From Desulfotalea psychrophila LSv54 (lineage in GTDB: Bacteria; Desulfobacterota; Desulfobulbia; Desulfobulbales; Desulfocapsaceae): a stretch of 32,000 bases of DNA. The notes beneath the pieces were generated by a model. That model did not search any database. It saw nothing but the letters and a program-made list of their open reading frames with translations, and had not been told where the DNA came from. The DNA lies in contig NC_006138.1 of NCBI RefSeq assembly GCF_000025945.1, positions 1,140,001-1,172,000 of the forward strand, in the 5' to 3' direction. A program made the translations under genes and the position numbers. Positions within the stretch are counted from its first letter, which is position 1. Each line of letters opens with the position of its first letter. Below are positions 27,909 through 32,000 of the stretch, piece by piece.

Positions 27909-28580
27909 TTACGCTGTGTAGCCAGGAATATGTAGCTTCTTTTCAAGTCTGGCGAGTACTTTTACGCCGATAACGGTGATGATAAGGTAAAGAAGACCGA
28001 CAAAAATAAAAAGAGTTAAATGTTCATAGGTTCGGGAGGCGACAAAGTGGGTGCGGGTAAACATATCCATGGCACCAACCACATAGGCAAGTGCCGAATC
28101 TTTTAATATGATTGAATATTCATTTGACCAAGCAGGGATGGAGACTCGCATAGCCTGAGGCAGGACAATGGAACAGATGGCCTGGGGCCGATTCATGCCC
28201 AGTGCCTCTGCTGCCCGGATCTGGCCATGGGGAAGGGAGAGAATAGCACCTTTGAAAATTTGGGATTGGTAGGCGGCGCTTGTCATTCCCAGCACCAAGG
28301 CTGTGGTGGTGAGGGCTGAAAGGTTTAAACCCAGTAGCTCAAACACTCCGAAGTAAAACAAGAACATCAGGATAAGAATTGGTACCCCGCGAAAGAACCA
28401 TACGTATAAACTAATGAAATAACGAACGGGGCGGGGGCCATAGACCTGGCCTAGGGCAAAGGGGATTCCCAGAGCAAGGCCCAAGCACATGGCGCCTCCA
28501 ACAATAATGAGAGTGACGCCTGCCCCTTGAAGGATATACGGTAGGGCATCAAGAACAACGGATAATTTTTGCAGTAACAT
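27909..28580 (-). CDS. Polar amino-acid ABC transporter permease (second subunit)
   Basis: EAA-like loop: GAILSLPHGQIRAAEALGMNRPQAICSIVLPQAMRVSIP. Start at ATG 28580 (MLLQKL) sits 9 nt after GGAG. The track start at 28595 is a TTG. Confidence 0.85.
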   Translation of the reverse strand: MLLQKLSVVLDALPYILQGAGVTLIIVGGAMCLGLALGIPFALGQVYGPRPVRYFISLYVWFFRGVPILILMFLFYFGVFELLGLNLSALTTTALVLGMTSAAYQSQIFKGAILSLPHGQIRAAEALGMNRPQAICSIVLPQAMRVSIPAWSNEYSIILKDSALAYVVGAMDMFTRTHFVASRTYEHLTLFIFVGLLYLIITVIGVKVLARLEKKLHIPGYTA

Positions 28581-28673
28581 TTTCCAATCTCCCAACGAAA
28601 AAAGAGCGGTGTGTACAGGGTAGACACCGCTCTTTGTGTATCTTCGTTTATTGCTAAAAGCAGTTGTGTCTAA

Positions 28674-29426
28674 TTATTTAGAAGCAAAGTACTTTTGTTT
28701 AAGCTGCTCATAGTATGGATCAGCCATGAGATCTTTCAAGCCTTGGTTGATGATTTTTAAGAGTTCTTTGTCATCGTAGCGGACGGCAACACCAAAGTCT
28801 TCGTGCTCACCGATGTTTCCTGCAATCTTAACAGGTACACCCTTGGAAATTGCATCGTGGGCAGGAGTCATGTTCATCTCACCTGCAAGAAGTCGACCGT
28901 TGAGTACTTCAGATATGATCTGTGGGGAGGAGTCGTATTGGCGTAATTGAAGTCCCCAACCTTGAGCCTTATTTTCTTTGTCGAGCCATTTGCCGTCGCT
29001 GGTTCCTGTTTGATACCCTACACGGCCCTTAGATGCAAGGATAGAATCGGTGGTGAGCTGACTATCTTTCTTGACTACAAAGACATTTTTTACAGACCAG
29101 TAAATGTCGGAGAAGTTAACCTGTGCTTTGCGTTCCGGGGTGATGGTCATGCCGGACATAACGGTGTCAATTTTTTTAGAAGCAACGGCCTGGACAATGG
29201 TGGACCACTCCATGGGCTTATGTATAACCTCAAAATCCATGTGTTTGGCAATCCAGTTCATGCTGTCAACGTCAAAGCCTGCAGGTACACCGTTTTTGTC
29301 TACATAGGCAAAGGGGGGATAGTTCGCATCAATGCCGTTGACGACGGTACGGGCAAGGGCGCTGGTGCTGAGGCTGAAGCTGAGGGCTAAGGTAACAATG
29401 AGACCTGTGATCAATTTTTTAGACAT
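28674..29426 (-). CDS. Periplasmic amino-acid-binding protein (SBP family 3)
   Basis: Signal peptide, then GIDANYPPFAYVDKNG...GFDVD and MSGMTITPERK, typical of family-3 binding proteins. Start at ATG 29426 after CAGGAG. Confidence 0.85.
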   Translation of the reverse strand: MSKKLITGLIVTLALSFSLSTSALARTVVNGIDANYPPFAYVDKNGVPAGFDVDSMNWIAKHMDFEVIHKPMEWSTIVQAVASKKIDTVMSGMTITPERKAQVNFSDIYWSVKNVFVVKKDSQLTTDSILASKGRVGYQTGTSDGKWLDKENKAQGWGLQLRQYDSSPQIISEVLNGRLLAGEMNMTPAHDAISKGVPVKIAGNIGEHEDFGVAVRYDDKELLKIINQGLKDLMADPYYEQLKQKYFASK

Positions 29427-29476
29427 GCTAACTCCTGGCAAAAAGTTGTTAGGTTTTTCTCGGTGAGGGGCCGGAA

Positions 29477-29501
29477 CTTAGTCGTTTGGTAAACGATTAA
29501 G
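29477..29501. promoter_or_regulatory. Palindrome in the divergent promoter / 5'-UTR region of the ABC operon
   Basis: CTTAGTCGTTT-GGT-AAACGATTAAG, with 10 of 11 arm positions complementary. It lies 50-75 nt upstream of the binding-protein ATG. Confidence 0.3.
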
Positions 29502-29700
29502 CAATAATCTTGTTCAAAAGAGAAAATAATTAGCAAAAGTTTACAAATTTATCAAGCAAAGAGAGGAGACCTGTACAGAATTGTCTGCAAAAAAGAGAGA
29601 AAGTGCTGTTAAAAATTTTGTTGCTGGATTATTAAATAAAGTATTGTTCTGATTATTTGTAGATATACAATTTTTTTGTTTTTTTCTTGGGTGTGACGCT

Positions 29701-30324
29701 ATGAATCTTTCTCTTCTTTCCCTCTTTGTTCCTACCTTTATCATTGTCTCGGCAACCCCTGGGATGTGTATGACTCTCTCCATGACTCTGGGGATGACCA
29801 TTGGCGTTCGCCGCACCCTGTGGATGATGGCGGGGGAGTTGGTGGGGGTTGGACTGGTGGCCATTGCGGCTGTTGTGGGCGTTGCCTCGATAATGCTTCG
29901 CTATCCTTCTGTCTTTATGGTTTTGAAGTATATTGGCGCCACCTACCTCTGCTGGCTCGGTATTCAGCTCTGGCGGAGTTGTGGGCGGATGGCCGTTCAT
30001 GAGTTTGGCGATGGGGGACAGGCTAGTTCCGGACGAAAAGAGCTGGTGGTTCAGGGCTTTGTCACAGCCGTTGCCAATCCTAAGGGTTGGGCCTTTTTTG
30101 TCTCTCTCTTGCCGCCCTTTATCGATGCCAGCCAGCCTCTTACGCTTCAGCTGAGTATGCTTGTCTCTTTTATTCTGATCATTGAGTTCTGCTTTCTCCT
30201 CTTCTATGCTCAGGGCGGTAAGACCCTGCGCAAGTTTTTGCAGAAGAGGGGCAATGTGCAACGGATTAACCGTCTTGCCGGAGTGATGATGGTGGCTGTT
30301 GGCTTCTGGCTGGCCCTGGGCTAG
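29701..30324 (+). CDS. LysE/RhtB-family amino-acid exporter
   Basis: 207 aa with 6 hydrophobic segments. N-terminal IIVSATPGM (PGP-type motif) and a mid-protein NPKGWAFF motif, both characteristic of the LysE family. Confidence 0.8.
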   Translation: MNLSLLSLFVPTFIIVSATPGMCMTLSMTLGMTIGVRRTLWMMAGELVGVGLVAIAAVVGVASIMLRYPSVFMVLKYIGATYLCWLGIQLWRSCGRMAVHEFGDGGQASSGRKELVVQGFVTAVANPKGWAFFVSLLPPFIDASQPLTLQLSMLVSFILIIEFCFLLFYAQGGKTLRKFLQKRGNVQRINRLAGVMMVAVGFWLALG

Positions 30325-30339
30325 TACAGTATAACAGTT

Positions 30340-30517
30340 AACCACAGAGAGCACTGAGGACACAGAGGGAATTAATTAAAAAGCAACAGCGAAGCGTAGC
30401 GAAGTGGCGAAAAGCGAAAAACGGTTAATCAGATAGAGGAAAAAATTGTAGCCGCTCTTACTCGCTAACTAATTTTATCTCATACAAAAACTCCGTGTTC
30501 TCTGTGCTTCTGTGGTT
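30340..30517. repeat. Inverted-repeat-bounded intergenic element with an internal GCGAA repeat tract
   Basis: Left arm is AACCACAGAGAGCACTGAGGACACAGAG (30340-30367). The reverse complement of the right arm (30491-30517) is AACCACAGAAGCACAGAGAACACGGAG, matching at about 24 of 28 positions. The core contains GCGAA four times within 30389-30418. T6A7 follows the right arm. Confidence 0.45.
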
Positions 30518-30541
30518 TTTTAAAAAAAGTCCGACAGACTC

Positions 30542-31864
30542 CTAGGGCTTTTTCTTGAGTTGTTCTGCCTTCAGTGCCTGCCACCAGTCCAGGCGTTTCT
30601 GGATATCTTTTTCAAAGCCGAAGGATGAGGGCTTGTAGTACTCCTGTTCCTCCATTTCCTCTGGGAAGTATCGTTGGTAGCTGTAGCTGTTTTCGTAGTC
30701 GTGGGAGTAGCGGTAGTTCTTCTTGTATCCCAGTTCAGCCATAAGTCTGGTGGGGGCGTTGCAGATATCCAGAGGCACCTTGTGTTGTCCGGTTTTCAGG
30801 GCATCTTCCCGAGCCTGGAGGTAGGCAATTTCAACCCGGTTGCTCTTTGGGGCGGTGGCCAGATAGATAACCAGTTGGGTCATGACCGTATTGGCCTCCG
30901 GCATGCCCAAGAAGTGGACTGCATCTTTGCAGGCCACGGCTTGAACAAGTGCCTGTGGGTCGGCAAGGCCAACATCTTCCGTGGCGATTCGAACCAGCCT
31001 GCGGGTGATATACATGGGGTCTTCCCCCGACTCTAACATTCGGGCCAGCCAGTATATTGCCGCCTGTGGGTCACTGCCACGGATGGATTTCTGTAGGGCG
31101 GAGATGAGGTTGAAGTGCTCCTCTCCCCGTTTATCGTAAAAGAGTGATCGCTGCGAGATTGCCTGTATCGCCTTTTCTATGTCAATACTGTCTCCCGTCG
31201 CTCCGCTCCTGGCAACTGTTTCCAAGTGGTTGAGGGCCTTGCGTCCGTCTCCTCCGGATTTTTCGGCAAGCATTGTTAGGGCCTGATCGCTTATATGAAT
31301 CTCTCTGGGGATCTCTTTTAGGGCTCTGGTCATGATGGATTTTATATCTTCAATAGAGAGTGGCTGAAGGGTGAAGACATGGCAGCGGGAGAGAAGGGCG
31401 GAGATTACCTCAAAGGAGGGGTTTTCTGTGGTCGCCCCTAAAAGAACAATGGCACCTGATTCCACATAGGGAAGAAAGGCATCCTGTTGTGATTTGTTAA
31501 AGCGGTGAATTTCATCGACAAAGACCAGAGTCTTTTGCCCTTCTGCCTGTAGGCGAAAGCGGGCCTGTTCCATCAGGGCCTTTACCTCGGCAATTTTAGT
31601 AAGGACGGCACTGAGAGAGGCGAAGATATGTTTGGTGTGGGTTTCGATGAAGCGGGCGATGGTGGTCTTGCCGGTGCCGGGAGGGCCCCAGAGAATGAAG
31701 GATGAGTAGTCATCCTGCTCTATCATGGAACGTAGGATAGAACCTTTTTCCAGTAGCTTGTTCTGGCCATGGATCTCTTCAAGTTTCTGTGGACGGGCGC
31801 GTTCTGCGAGGGGGGCCTTGGTTGATGCGGGTATAGAATCAACCAGGCTGAACTGTTTTGACAT
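30542..31864 (-). CDS. rarA: Replication-associated recombination protein A (AAA+ ATPase RarA/MgsA)
   Basis: RPQKLEEIHGQ..., Walker A LWGPPGTGKTT, Walker B VFVDEIHRFNK and GATTENPSFEV, plus a MgsA C-terminal domain (FYDKRGEEHFNLISALQKSIRGSD). AGGAGG SD. Confidence 0.9.
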   Translation of the reverse strand: MSKQFSLVDSIPASTKAPLAERARPQKLEEIHGQNKLLEKGSILRSMIEQDDYSSFILWGPPGTGKTTIARFIETHTKHIFASLSAVLTKIAEVKALMEQARFRLQAEGQKTLVFVDEIHRFNKSQQDAFLPYVESGAIVLLGATTENPSFEVISALLSRCHVFTLQPLSIEDIKSIMTRALKEIPREIHISDQALTMLAEKSGGDGRKALNHLETVARSGATGDSIDIEKAIQAISQRSLFYDKRGEEHFNLISALQKSIRGSDPQAAIYWLARMLESGEDPMYITRRLVRIATEDVGLADPQALVQAVACKDAVHFLGMPEANTVMTQLVIYLATAPKSNRVEIAYLQAREDALKTGQHKVPLDICNAPTRLMAELGYKKNYRYSHDYENSYSYQRYFPEEMEEQEYYKPSSFGFEKDIQKRLDWWQALKAEQLKKKP

Positions 31865-31897
31865 GGCGCAAACCTCCTGTAGTGTACAGCAGAAACA

Positions 31898-31931
31898 GCA
31901 ATGCCCAGTATGAAAACATACTGGGCATTGC
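31898..31931 (-). terminator. Perfect hairpin between the tRNA and rarA (probable tRNA terminator or processing structure)
   Basis: GCAATGCCCAGTATG-AAAA-CATACTGGGCATTGC forms a 15-bp perfect stem. On the - strand it is followed by TGTTTCTGCTG, a weak U-tract. Confidence 0.45.
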
Positions 31932-31941
31932 GGATAATTTC

Positions 31942-32000
31942 TGGTGCACCCGAAGGGATTCGAACCCCTGACACCCAGGTTCGAAGCCTGGTGCTCTATC
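31942..32000 (-). tRNA. tRNA-Arg (anticodon UCG), 5' part lies beyond the window edge
   Basis: The - strand reads ...GATAGAGCA CCAGG CTTCGAA CCTGG GTGTC AGGGG TTCGAAT CCCTT CGGGTGC A CCA. This gives the anticodon stem-loop with TCG at positions 34-36, a T-arm with TTCGAAT, the acceptor 3' half and an encoded CCA. Confidence 0.85.

Noticed and set aside
29653-30363. 236-aa ORF on the - strand
   Set aside because: It is antisense to the LysE-family gene, whose product has clear transmembrane periodicity and family motifs. The antisense translation is H/K/P/Q-rich with no motif.
1-32000. Searched for CRISPR arrays, transposase or integrase genes, phage modules, toxin-antitoxin pairs and recognisable defence systems
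   Set aside because: I saw no regularly spaced direct repeats and no recombinase, nuclease or toxin motifs. The gene content is metabolic and housekeeping. The tRNA at the right edge has no adjacent integrase within the window.

Overview
This is a chromosomal window that looks like an anaerobic, sulfate-reducer-type Desulfobacterota (deltaproteobacterial) genome. All family calls come from reading motifs by eye; no searches were run. LEFT (1170-9202, + strand): one hydrogenase/heterodisulfide-reductase operon. It encodes a NiFe maturation endopeptidase, an HTH-HdrC-HdrB-like fusion, a roughly 1018-aa double HdrA, MvhD, MvhG and MvhA. Four consecutive genes in it are each split in the ORF track by an in-frame TGA. 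Each TGA falls on a Cys position I recall as conserved, and each is followed 25-30 nt later by a hairpin with a G-containing loop. I read all four as selenocysteine codons, so 8 ORF-track fragments collapse into 4 selenoprotein genes, including a [NiFeSe] large subunit with DPUxxCxxH. The HdrCB-like gene also carries an N-terminal excisionase/MerR-type HTH, which I consider the most unusual architecture here. After the operon come hypD, a hypA lacking its zinc finger, a translationally coupled MauE/DoxX-rhodanese pair and a gamma-carbonic-anhydrase-like gene. MIDDLE (12765-24668, - strand): a Desulfovibrio-like lactate utilisation cluster. It contains a lactate permease, a GlcD/GlcF-type dehydrogenase, LutC and a fused LutB-LutA. 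Upstream sit a hybrid sensor kinase and a sigma-54-dependent response regulator, with a candidate -24/-12 promoter and a long A/T-cored palindrome in the control region. RIGHT: a DUF1311-like secreted protein, fabI, a polar amino-acid ABC transporter, a LysE-family exporter, a 178-bp inverted-repeat-bounded intergenic element with GCGAA repeats, rarA and a partial tRNA-Arg(UCG). I saw no CRISPR array, transposase, integrase, phage or recognisable defence genes.
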